DNA of 59,087 bases, the filler included, from Sphacelaria rigidula (Eukaryota), in NCBI GenBank assembly GCA_964200075.2. It is 6 parts of 6 records of this genome, joined end to end, with 100 filler letters (N's around TTAATTAATTAA, not from the genome) between each part and the next. Parts side by side here need not be neighbours in the genome. Positions count along the whole stretch, not along the records: positions 39,461 to 49,224 come from CAXNAA020007815.1; positions 49,325 to 59,087 come from CAXNAA020007816.1; 4 more parts are not named here. The stretch is one strand, 5' to 3'. Of the stretch, positions 48,554 through 59,087 are shown piece after piece (positions within the stretch are counted from its first letter, which is position 1; each line of letters opens with the position of its first letter). The position numbers and the translations under genes were made by a program. The notes beneath the pieces are model-generated. The model was not told the origin of the DNA and made no database searches. It was given only the letters and a program-made list of their open reading frames with translations.

Positions 48554-48978
48554 TAGAGCTCGGAAATGGTGTCAGTTATAACTGGCCATTATCATTATAA
48601 TGGTGATAATGGTAATGGTTACATGAAAAAATTGGATAATGGTTCCGAACCATAATTTACCGTTATCGGCTTTATAGGCCGTTACCCGCTACGTATGCTA
48701 CATACAGCCCTTAAAATTGGCCCAAAATTGACATATTTTCAGCTCAAGTGAAGCCAATTCGCGTACAAACGTGCCTCCGGCACGGCGCTTCCAGCACCCC
48801 CCCTCTGGACTATGGCATGCATGATCATGAGTACACCCTCTGCCGGGGGGGAGCTTTTTGGCTCGCGGCTGCGCCGTCCGATGACCGAAACCACTATGTA
48901 CCATTTAACTGGTTAATGAGTGCGCTACGCGTGACCATACAACTGGTTAATGGTTAGACAAACCGTTTCCGAGCTCTA
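48554..48978. mobile_element. hAT-type MITE carrying a tiny SINE 3' insertion (about 48808-48834)
   Basis: TIRs TAGAGCTCGGAAA / TTTCCGAGCTCTA with a perfect 8-bp TSD GTAGATAC (48546-48553, 48979-48986). Confidence 0.88.
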
Positions 48979-49000
48979 GTAGATACAGATAACACAGTAC

Positions 49001-49102
49001 CTGAACGAAGAGTCCAGAGAGCGGGCCGGCAAGCCACACGAAGCCCAGGTCCGCGGGATCGACGTCGTATAGATCACGGAAGAGAGGCGTCGTCAACACT
49101 GT
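49001..49102 (-). CDS. SUT/SLC45-like transporter, exon 1 of those seen
   Basis: CAG/GT boundaries, phase 0. TVLTTPLFRDLYDVDPADLGFVWLAGPLSGLFVQ matches 'TP....LG.......IWL.GP.SG..VQ'. Confidence 0.85.
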
Positions 49103-49224
49103 CTGTCAAGCAACGTGGACATGGAAAAGAAGGGCGGAGAGTATTGCATAGTCTTCGGGTTATTCCAAAGCTCCGGTAAACAGCCGATTTTCGAAAATGG
49201 GGTTGAAAAAAAAAATGAGGTTCA

Positions 49225-49324
49225 NNNNNNNNNNNNNNNNNNNNNNNNNNNNNNNNNNNNNNNNNNNNTTAATTAATTAANNNNNNNNNNNNNNNNNNNN
49301 NNNNNNNNNNNNNNNNNNNNNNNN
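49225..49324. other. Artificial contig spacer
   Basis: N44-TTAATTAATTAA-N44. Confidence 0.98.
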
Positions 49325-49444
49325 CTAGTATAACCATCCTTTTCTCCCTACTGTCTAATGCATCAAACGATTTCATGCCACATTTGTTCATGTCCCATTT
49401 TTTTTTTTGCGAGGGGGGGGGGGCGGGCGGGGGAGAAGAAAGCT

Positions 49445-49572
49445 GACGAATTTGCTCATACGTTACGAGAAGACAAGTATTCCGAATGTGCTCAAAACTC
49501 TGTCAGAACAAGTTCCGAATTTGCTCGAACTGTCAAGAATAGTATCCCGAATTTGCTCAACTTTGTGAACGC
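49445..49572. repeat. Short tandem array of CGAAT(T/G)TGCTC-containing units (~31-36 bp, about 4 copies)
   Basis: GACGAATTTGCTC, CCGAATGTGCTC, then CCGAATTTGCTC twice. Confidence 0.65.
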
Positions 49573-50229
49573 GTAACTCACTTCGGGGCAAGTAAACAGT
49601 GGTGGACGTACGTATTCATTCCATGATTCCTCCTCGCTCGAAAGTTTCAAGATAGCCAGAGCCCTAAAACTGCGGTGTTGTCATCTCATCTATTCTGGAC
49701 GCTAGTCTGCACCTTTCGGCAGATGTGGGCGGACCCGCCGGGGTCACACAGGAGGGAGGAAGGCCGACACAGGAGTTTCTTCTTTTTCGTTTGTTTCGGT
49801 CCTCCACCTCCTTCCTGCGGTGCTTGCCTTTTACTTTTTATCGCGAGAGGGATTCAGCAGTCACTTCCCCTCGTCGACCATGACGTCGAATTTCTGCAGT
49901 ATATAAGCTTCAATGCAGGGCACCCCTGTCTCATTGGGACCCGAAATTTTGAGATGAGCTGATGGGTGGCCCCCACCCCTCACTGACTGGGTTTGATTTT
50001 TTATTACTCGGCACCGCATAAGCACGATTTATTTATTTATTCATTTTTTGGGGGGATGGGGGTAGGCGGAGAACAACGTATCGTTCCGGAAGCATCTTGA
50101 CACCCTCTCAACCCTTGGACCGCGATGCGGGTTCTGTAGTCCATCTGGATCACGCACTTTTTACAGGTGAAATCGATGCCGATTCAGCAGGTGACCTACC
50201 CTCGCGGTCAAAGGAGGTTGAACCGATTT

Positions 50230-50585
50230 TGCTTCACTGGAGCCAAAAAAGTACTATTCAGGCTTTTCGATTCATGGCACATCTAGGTGGGTTTCTGTTG
50301 TGTAATGAGGCGTTATAGTGGGACGTACGTGAGTTGGAAAGTACTGGCAGAACTGCTGACCGCCAGTTATCGACGTATCGTTTCGGAAGAACCTTTGTAT
50401 CGTTTTGGAAAAACCTCCGCAAAACGATTAGGCTTCACCAGAGCAAAGAAAGAAAAAAAATGCGACTCAGCTTTTCGACCTGCAGCACACCTAGACGGGT
50501 TTACGTGGAATCATGAGGCGCTGTAGTGGTGGGACGTACGTGATTGGAAAAGCACTGGCAATACTGTCTACTGCTTTGTATCGAG
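50230..50585. repeat. Diverged tandem duplication (~205-bp period)
   Basis: CTTCAC..GAGC..AAAAAA..GCTTTTCGA..GCACA.CTAG..GGGTTT..ATGAGGCG..GTGGGACGTACGTGA..TTGGAAA..ACTGGCA occurs twice. Confidence 0.65.
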
Positions 50586-50805
50586 TACCAGCACAATCAA
50601 TGCCACCACCAGTAGTACTACTGCCAGTGTGCACTGATTCAGTACCCAGCCCTCTAGTGAGGGTAGAACCAGATTTCCATTATGACGGCGGCCAAGTGCT
50701 TTGCAGCGCGGGATCTTCCTCGTCCACGCAAAAAAAATACAAGCTCGGGTTTCTCATATGGCCTTGGGTGTCACCCTCGGTGATAGACTACGAACCCTAT
50801 CTCAC

Positions 50806-52092
50806 CTCTTCCTCGAACGCCACAATAGATGCCCCTTCCGCAGCGCTCATTCCCTGTACCACGGCCTCAGCAGCACTTGCGAGCGCCTCGCCGACTCGTC
50901 GCAGCACCGTGTCCTGCCGGCTTCTCTCCGACGACCCCAGCACTTCAGCAACTCCTCCATCCTGACGGCCCCCGCGCGCCTCCTCTCCAAGTTCCGTTTC
51001 TTCTTCTCCACTGTGCCTGTCCCCATTTTGTTGTTGACGATGTCGCTGCTGCTGCTGCTGTTGTTGCTGTGGGCTTTGCTGCGTCATCACCACCTTATCA
51101 CAGCCGTCACAGCCGTCACCGCCGCTGCCCTGCCTCGGCAACGACAGGCTCGCCTCACCATCCATCTTTTCTTCGTCTACCGTTGCCAGCCCTTCTACAG
51201 CACCGCCGCGGTATGGACTACTGCTGTGGATCGAACTCTCGGACACCACTTTTTCGGGGCTAGTGCCCATGAAAGAAGTGCCATTGCTGCCGCTGCCGCT
51301 ATTCCTGTCGTTGTCGTTGTCGTCGGGGTTGGCAGGAGGGCGGGCCAGGCTGGCCAGCACCTTGCCGCACAGACGCAGGACGAGGTGATGCTTCCTCGGC
51401 GGAGCACAGCCCCCTCGGCCCATCCCAATGCTTCCACTGTTACTACCGCGGCCGGACGACGCGTGTCTTCCCATGTCCGCAGACAACCCCTTACTACTAC
51501 TACTACTACTACTACCGCCACTGCTACCGCCGCCGCCACCACTACTACTAATCTCGTCCCGCGGACCGCCGCCACCGTCGCCACCAACCATCGCTTGCTG
51601 ATGTCGCCGCTGTTGTTGACGTTGTTGGGTACCAGCCCGTGATACTTCGTTGCTATCGTCTTCCTTAGATACCCACCCTCCATCACTTTCACTATCCTCA
51701 TCACTGTCATCCCCAATACCATCACCAGCAGCAGCACCTGTCACCGATCCCGGCGCCGGCGAGAACGCCGACTGCAGCCCCGGGGACACCGTGGGGGTCA
51801 GCAGGAGACAGAGCGCATCCACCGCCGGGTCTAGTATATCGTACTCCAGTGGAATGTGCGACGGGTCTCCTCCCTTAATCCCCGCTATCGCAGCCGCCAG
51901 AGCAATCGCCGTATCCTCCTGGTCCTGGTCGTCCGAGGCGTTGCTGTTGCTGCTCTTGTACTGGCCGTCGGCAGGGGTGCTGCCTTCGTGGTCGGGATTG
52001 CTGCTGTGGTTCGACTCGCTGATGTCGGGTTGATGTTGGGGTTGTTGGATGAGGCCCAGGTCGGTCCGCACCACCTTGTTCTTCACCATAGC
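50806..52092 (-). CDS. CLEC16A/TT9(GFS9)/GOP-1 homolog, large exon with low-complexity insertions
   Basis: CAG/GT boundaries, 429 codons, phase 0-0. Starts AMVKNKV (cf. CLEC16A AMSHNKG), contains VLRLCGKVLASL and ends VAFEEE (cf. MFEDE). Confidence 0.72.
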
Positions 52093-52320
52093 CTGTTCGC
52101 GTTGTTTTTGTTTGGTTTGTTTTCCCCCCGTTTTTGTTGTCGTTATATTGATCATTGTCCATTTATCGCCGAGAGGGGGAAGGGGCGGGGGCGGGGGCGT
52201 TTTGTCAAAAGTTATGAAGAAAAAAAGGGGGGGGGGGGGGGAAGGGGGGAACGGGGGAAAGAGGAAAAAAAAAAAAAAGGTAAAAGAAGGCTGACTATTT
52301 AAACATCCANNNNNNNNNNG

Positions 52321-52351
<31 letters not shown>

Positions 52352-53017
52352 GAGAGGGGAAAAGAAAAAAAAAAAAAAGGAAAAAAAAAAAAAAAAAAAG
52401 GTAATAGAATGCTGACTATTCAAGCATCCATGGTCAGGATGAATCAGAGTTCATACGGGTTGAGTCCCCATGAAATGACAGGAGTCAACCATATGCCGGC
52501 TGTTGGTCTCGCATGAACCCGAGCGTGGATAACATATGCAGTGCTGTGATCTCGCGCGCATTACAAATGGGACAAAAGTACGCGTGATCCAAGGCCCATG
52601 AAACCAGAGGATTTAGTCATGTGCCGACTCTTCGTCCCGCATGAACCCGACGGTGGGAAACACATACACGGGCGCTCACCTCGCACGAGTCACACATGTT
52701 ATAGATCTGCATGTCATTCACGCCTCATGAAATTGAGAGTGGGTGGCATGCACGATCGATTCATTCCACATGAACAACAGGGGATATATATAAATATGTG
52801 TATATTTGTGTGATGAACATGTGTTGAAAATCACGATTTTATTCGACCTAACCGTGCAAGCATCACAGCTGGTGAGGAAGGAGGACACAAGGTGTGGCTG
52901 GCTCAAACCTGGGCTTTTTCTACTGGGACGCTTCCGCTGCGGCAACTAACTGAGCACGACAAATATGAGCAGATATGTATGTGCACACAAGGAAAAAGGG
53001 AGAACTTCGAAATCTTG

Positions 53018-53756
53018 CACACGTCGGACAGGTCATGAGCATGAGCTACCTAAAATGAGTACGTGTATCCGGCTTGCACGGAAGTTCAGAGCAGGAGAAG
53101 GGAGCAAGCATGCGGTACAGCAAGAGATTGCGTAGTGTGTACGAAGTAGTACTACTGTACTGTCTGTGGTCACCACAACAACAGACAGTACAGTGCACCG
53201 CCAGTGTGCTGCAGGATATAGTGGCAGTATTTTAAAAACAACTACTGTACTACGGTACAAGTACAGGCTGTACTTTGCAAACGCGGTACGAGACACACGG
53301 TCACTCGTGGGCGGATCAGGAGGCAGCCTCGTATTTTGCGGCGGTGTTGTCGGTTCTGTCTGTAATTCTACACCGTGTAGGGTGCACGAGACGTCGTATA
53401 TGGTATATGCAGATGCATACGACATGGCACACAGACGGAAGGGACAAGCCACAGAAAAATTTGCGGTAGCTGGTACACAGTGCAGCTGGTTGGTAAGATG
53501 CAGATTGACGACTCGAAATAACTACTCGAAGAGAACATTTAGATCCATTGTACAAAATCACGAAACACGTGACAGCAGTGTGCCAGAAGCCAAAGCGTTA
53601 CCTTCCGGCTACACGGCGTGCTCGCCGTCCGCTACCGTCGGGACCTAGTATGAAAATACGGAAATAGTGGCCAGATGAGCTATAATAGCTCATGATCCGG
53701 ATCAGTACTCTAATAAGAAGTAACATCCAGGTAGCTCATGAGCTGTCCGACGTGTG
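53018..53756. mobile_element. Non-autonomous TIR element (related end at about 9600-9712)
   Basis: CACACGTCGGACAGGTCATGAGC..TACCT pairs with AGGTAGCTCATGAGCTGTCCGACGTGTG. Confidence 0.7.
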
Positions 53757-53781
53757 GGTTCACCTTGATCAAGTTTTCAAG

Positions 53782-53992
53782 GGCAGGTCGAGTGGAGTAT
53801 ACTCCGGAGTACTCGATTGCGGGGTATTTTAAAAGACGTACTTGAGGTACTCAAATTAGGGTAGAGTGTTAGGAGTCGTACCCCAAAAAAAACTGGAAAG
53901 CGACCCCTAACAAAAACCCTAACCCAAATTTGTGTATTTCAAGTACGACTTTCAGAATATCTCGCAATTGAGTATACTCTACTCGACCTGCC
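53782..53992. mobile_element. Foldback/palindromic MITE (~95-bp arms)
   Basis: GGCAGGTCGAGTGGAGTATACTC...TTGCGGGGTATTTTAAAAGACGTACTTGA pairs with TCAAGTACGACTTTCAGAATATCTCGCAA..GAGTATACTCTACTCGACCTGCC. Confidence 0.75.
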
Positions 53993-54642
53993 ATTGCAAG
54001 TTTTTTTCCCCTTGGACACTATGAACGATCCGTTTTGCTAGTCCCTGCGTACACGGTACTGTCAAGCGATACACCCCGAGCACTAGAAGAGCATGAGCAT
54101 GATGGGACGACAGACAAGACCGAAACGCCGACGCGTATCGTATTGAGCGGGCACGATAAAAAGAACCGCCTCGACGAGAAAACAAGTGTCCACAGTGATC
54201 AAATCCATGTGCCCCCTCCACCCCCAAGAGCTTTCTGAGTGACAAAAAGTTCAAGTCCAACCAACCAGAAACAAAAATGTTCAGATACGGCCTAGTAACG
54301 GATGCTTCAAGCGGGCGAAAAAAACGCCTTCCACGACCATAGAAATGCCTCAATGACTACGCACGCGCATCAACCAACAGTCAACTCGAGTGCCGACGTA
54401 AACTGTAGGTAGTTACAGCAACATTAGACAGAAGTCATTCCGCAGCAGCAGCAGCAGCAGCGGAGCATCAAACACTATTGGAACGAAAAACCCTCACACA
54501 GACAGGAAAACAAGTGAAAAAAAAAATCGGTGCACAAAACGAAATAATAGTGTAACACTAGAGGGGGGGAGGCCCCTCTCCCACCCTTCGCCGACACCCA
54601 CAAAACGAAAAGGGGGGGTCCTTTTCCATTTTTCGTCGTCAC

Positions 54643-54894
54643 CTGCAAAACCAAAAGCGCTCCTAAGCACAACTCCTCGCGATCGCCCTGAAGCAAAGCC
54701 AACAGAGGGGCAGGGGAGAGGGGGGTCCCACTTTCCGGTCCCCCCCGGCCAGACACCCCCCCTGTGCTTCGTCTCCCAACTCCATCTACACGCTGACCGC
54801 TATCGGTGAAGCCCAGGGTTTCTCGAGCAAGAAGCCGCACTAATGGCGGGTGCGTGACCACAATGAACAGCTGCGTGAGGGCGCACAGGGCGAC
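54643..54894 (-). CDS. CLEC16A/TT9 homolog exon
   Basis: CAG/GT boundaries, phase 0. VALCALTQLFIVVTHPPLVRLLA resembles CLEC16A VSLYLLSQVFLIIHHAPLVNSLA; ends LCLGALLVLQ. Confidence 0.8.
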
Positions 54895-54987
54895 CTGCGC
54901 CACGGGCACGAGGCGATGATGGAAGGAGGGAGAGCGATGGGAACATGCCCAACCGAATATTTCTAGATATGTAGGTGGGGAGAAAAA

Positions 54988-54991
<4 letters not shown>

Positions 54992-55059
<68 letters not shown>
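54992..55059. repeat. (GT)n microsatellite
   Basis: Directly visible. Confidence 0.95.
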
Positions 55060-55063
<4 letters not shown>

Positions 55064-56043
55064 TTCACCCATTGACCACCGGTTACAGAATGTCAGACAA
55101 GTTATTACGGGGGAACGTTGCTAGTACGAGTGGATACATGAACGGACGTAATTCGAGCGTTCATCGATCGATTTCAACAAACAATAGCTCGGATGAACCG
55201 CAAGGTCCATGCGGTCAGCGGCCAGCGGCAAGAAAACACAAGAAATGGAGGCCCATTTCGTGAACTTTTCCTGTTGGCGTCCCGCCAACCCTGTATACTA
55301 CTGTTGTAATAACTCCTACCATTAATAACAATGTTCCCCCGTAATAGTGTAGGATTGTACCCGAGAAGAAAGTGATGGGTTGGGTTGATCTGTCCACACT
55401 ATACAGTCCACACTGCGGTTCCGTCGACATCATGAGTTGATCTGTCGACCCTTGAAACCTGCGATTTTTCAGGCGTGATTGCTCGACAAAGAGAAAAAAC
55501 AGTCGATCGCTGGTAAAAAAAGTCTCCACACAACTTTTGCGTCATTCCACGTCCCTGCGTTGCGTTGCAACGCTGAAAATAAAGCGCAAGGATTGATTGA
55601 TCGGTACGGTACGAATCAATCACACTGAAATCAAGTGACTTAATCTCCAGACGAATCAATAATCCGTACCAGCCTTGAAACGGTTTTGCCTATTGAAGCA
55701 AAAGCAACAGTCGACACTGTACGTTGTACACTCCTTGGCTGGCGACACTTTCTACTAAAGCCTCTTCAAAAACCAGCCCAAAAGTACCACGAAAAAAATG
55801 GCCATACTGTACAGCGCCTGATGTTTGGGTTTAGGCTGCATGAGGTGCCTCATATGGGCGACATTGGCGAGAACGAGGCCAAGCGTGGGAATTCCCAGCT
55901 GCTCGTTGTGCTCGGCTTTTTGCATTCCGATTTACGTGAAGATTTCGCCTCCCCAAACCAGGCACTTTTTTTTTCGGTAGGGGGAGGGGGGGCTATCGTA
56001 AAAAATGTCTCTATTGCCATTATCCAGGTTGTGCATCACTCAC

Positions 56044-56184
56044 CTGGGGAAACATGGCTCCCGTCCGGCCGCTGAGCCAATCTCCCAAAAGCAGCGGTCG
56101 GACTAGGCGCTCCATGAGCGACTGGCACAGCTGTGCATTGAGCTCTCGTTGTCCGCTCGCGAAGACGTCCTCTAGGTAAAACAC
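56044..56184 (-). CDS. CLEC16A/TT9 homolog exon
   Basis: AAG acceptor, GTGAGT donor, phase 0. VFYLEDVFASGQRELNAQLCQSLMERLVRPLLL resembles CLEC16A LHYLNDILIINCEFLNDVLTDHLLNRLFLPLYV. Confidence 0.78.
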
Positions 56185-56349
56185 CTTCATGCCGATAATC
56201 ATCACAACACGTGCGTTCGGTAGCAATAAACGATGCAATACTGTATATTTCACAAAGACCATATATCGCAAAAATATCGCCATATATCGCAAGAAAAATC
56301 CGGCATATATCACAAAAACATCGACATATATGACGAAAGTAGTGGCATA

Positions 56350-56488
56350 CTTCCTCTGTGCCATAAGCAAAGATCCTCATGGGCGTTTTCATCGTTTGGG
56401 TATGTCAATGTTGACGACCATCCTATGGTTGGGTTCGATAGAGAGGTGAAGCGCAAACGAAGCTGATGAAAAAAAAACGAAAAAAAAC

Positions 56489-56530
<42 letters not shown>

Positions 56531-57083
56531 NNNNNNNNNNCAAACCTCCACGACTATGTCAAAATAGAGAGTTGAATGGAAATCTAAGCAAAAAAAAAAA
56601 AAACGAAAAAAAACGTTTTTTTTTTTTTTTTCGTCACTAAAATCATGTCGAAATATACCCCCATTTTGACCCTTTTTGATCCATTTCTACCCCGTTATTG
56701 ACCGATTTTGGACATTTTCACATCGAGCACTATTATAGCAATTACATGCTAACAAAATGTTGGATGGGGCGTGCGTCGGTTAACATGACGGTCATGTCCA
56801 AAATCAAGTGTGGTTTCGCGATTTTCACATTTTTCTGGTTCATTTTTCTTGTCTACTAGTCTCTCATGCTTTGCTTGGAAAAGGAGCGAAAAATGGTCAT
56901 TTTTGGACCGACCTACTTGTTTTCGGCCGCGCGGCTGCGTGGGTCGAGCACCCACGTTGTAGAAAGAGTGTTGGTTTTAGCTCAAAAAACGCCAACGAAT
57001 GCAATAGAAAGATCGAAAATCAAATATCATACCGTTAAGGGCCCGTGCAATCATAAGGACCTTTGCTTATGGCACAGAGGAAG
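56350..57083. mobile_element. Tc1/mariner-type MITE (homolog of 30491-31092; contains an N gap)
   Basis: TIRs CTTCCTCTGTGCCATAAGCAAAG / CTTTGCTTATGGCACAGAGGAAG with TA TSD. Confidence 0.88.
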
Positions 57084-57909
57084 TATATCGCAAAAATATC
57101 GCCATGTATCACGAAAATACCGGCGGATATCGCGACAATACGCGAAATACTGGCGAATATCACGGCAACTGGCGAATACCACAACAATACTGGCGAATAT
57201 CGCGAAAATATCGGCGGGAAAAATGGAGCGTTTTGTCATTATTTCTCATAAAAAATGGCTCAAACTGTATGACACTCCCTCTCCAAAAACTATCGGGAGA
57301 CCTACAGGTCAGACCTTTCCATGTTCCATACAAATATATATATATATATCGACCGGTTGGTATCAAATGCATCGCTGTGTAACGATACATAACCCCATCA
57401 GACGAAAGGAGCCAGGACTATTATTGGTAGTTGACTTAATTCGTCAGCTTTCCTCATTTTGTCGATTGAGTAAATCGAGCAGCAGCAGCAATCATCCAGA
57501 TCAGTTTGTTGTGACTCAATTGGCCATGGAGGGTTCAAAGGTTTGGTCTGGATAGTTCGACTATGATAGCTGGTTGTCGTAAGTTTTCATTCCTGCTGTT
57601 TTGTTTGATGGAAATTGAGAAAGAATGTATGACATGATAATAGTGTGTACGCACAGAATGTCACAGCTCGGAGATAGATTCCGTTATAACTGACCATTAA
57701 AGAGATTTGGCAAACGCACTTTTTTTTTTGTCATTTCAAAGTGCAAATGTCTCAGGACCAAAGCGCAGAATGAAAAAAAAAAAAACTCATCGAGAAAAAG
57801 TTGAGGGGATACCACGTTTGACGGAGAGGACAATAATTTTTCCGTGACCCTCTGATCCTGAGATATTTGCACTCTGAAATGACAAAAAAAGCGTTTTCCG
57901 AAACTCTCT

Positions 57910-58520
57910 ATTATCATTATAATGAATGAAAATATTGGATACTGGTTTCAAACGATTATTTACCATTGCCGGCTCTTCGAGCCCAAATTAAAACGCATTT
58001 CTTAGCTCTGGTGAAGCCAAATCGCGTAAAAATGCGTCTCCGGCAGGGTCGCCTCTGCCGGGGGGGGGGGTACTCATGATCATGCATGCCATAGTCATCA
58101 GATCATTGACCTCGCATCCCTAAAAAGCCGGGTTTTCGCCGGACCGGGCTCGCACTCAAACCACCAAGCGCGAAGCACCATGGTGTGTTCGGCGAGTCGC
58201 ATGAAGGGTGACCTGCATCCTGCTAAGATTGTTGGGCCCGAGGCCTACTGGTTATCTTGCATTTGGATGATAGCCTCCAAAGAGTTGCTTCATTATTTGG
58301 TATCGCCACTTCCACAGACGGCCACGGCTTATACCCTGCCTCATGAGTGTCCCACCATTTATTCTCGATTTTTTTTTTTTTTTTTGGGGGGGGGCTTTTT
58401 GGCTAGCGCATTCGCCGCTCGATGACCAAACCATCATGTACCATTTCACTTGTTAATGATTGCGCTACGCGTAACCATTGAACTGGGTAACGGTTAGACA
58501 AACTATTCCCGAGCTCTCTA
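57910..58520. mobile_element. Second copy of the hAT MITE with a C-tailed SINE inserted (minus strand, about 58059-58345)
   Basis: Flanks align with 48590-48978 (GTGAAGCCAA..CGCGTA..CTCCGGCA / GCTTTTTGGCT..GATGACC..ATGTACCATTT..GGTTAGACAAAC..CCGAGCTCT). The SINE begins at the G run after CTCTGCC. Confidence 0.8.
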
Positions 58521-58690
58521 GTAGGTATCGAGTGATTCACTGTCCAGCCGTGGTCACTATTAATAGACAGAAGCTACGAATCCAGACATGATCTCAACTA
58601 GTAGAAAAAGTCATTCCAAGGTGTCAACATCCGCTCAGTCCTTTCTCCGGGCGTAAAACGAAGAATGTCGACACCCGAGAAGTGGCCTGA

Positions 58691-58854
58691 GGCCGTGTCT
58701 TCCCAAACTGCTTTCGACTCGTACCTGATACATCCACGGCATTCATGTTCTCGACCATCTGAGAAAACAAATAGAGTGGACGAATCAGAAACGAGCGAAT
58801 TCGGTTCGGCCGCACGTATTCGACAAGAAAGAAACTAATTGAAAAGACACGGCC
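58691..58854. mobile_element. PIF/Harbinger (Tourist-like) MITE
   Basis: Perfect TIRs GGCCGTGTCTT / AAGACACGGCC with 3-bp TSD TGA. Confidence 0.75.
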
Positions 58855-59087
58855 TGAGGGGTCTGATGAAACAGGGCATTTTCTTCAAATCTTCTCGACC
58901 TTTTTTTCCCGAAAAAAAATATTTTCTGTAGTAGTCAGCATCAAAAGTTTTCAGAATTCGTAGTTGCTGCAGTTCTTGAGTTCTCATCCAGTATTATTCT
59001 CCATTACTACTCGAAAGTGCTACGAGCTGGGCCAGCCTAAAAACGGATTTAAGCTCTAAAAGCAATATCTCATCGACACAGACGAGT

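Noticed and set aside
49445-49572. CRISPR-like array
   Set aside because: Short degenerate units with mutually similar spacers, eukaryotic context, and no cas genes.
52150-52430. Duplicated purine-rich segment
   Set aside because: Overlapping low-quality contig ends around the N gap at 52310-52319; the same applies near 56531.
58725-58758. Small exon MVENMNAVDVS of the CLEC16A homolog
   Set aside because: It lies inside a Harbinger MITE (58691-58854) and its phase does not join the next exon.

Overview
This is eukaryotic, intron-rich, repeat-dense DNA, most consistent with a brown alga or related stramenopile (inference from gene content, kb-size introns and repeat style). It is not one locus. 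Six unrelated contigs of 9763-9765 nt (1-9765, 9866-19630, 19731-29495, 29596-39360, 39461-49224, 49325-59087) are joined by artificial 100-nt N44-TTAATTAATTAA-N44 spacers, so nothing should be inferred across spacers. Spliced gene fragments recovered by hand: an ionotropic glutamate receptor-like channel with an unusual SYTAELASF gate; an organellar-type ribosomal protein S15; an ArgA-type N-acetylglutamate synthase with a long N-terminal extension; a bacterial-type Ig-like repeat protein; a SUT/SLC45-like sugar transporter; and a CLEC16A/TT9 homolog. The rest is transposon debris: a degenerate RTE-like LINE, fragments of a zinc-knuckle LINE, and Tc1/mariner, hAT, Harbinger and foldback MITEs. 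The most interesting signal is a ~500-bp non-coding retroposon (about 11 copies). It shares its last ~45 nt with the zinc-knuckle LINE. Both end in ATGAGTAC(A/G) followed by oligo(C) rather than poly(A), and they sit in C-rich target-site duplications. This suggests a LINE/SINE pair specialised on C-tracts. Most ORFs in the supplied track are spurious.
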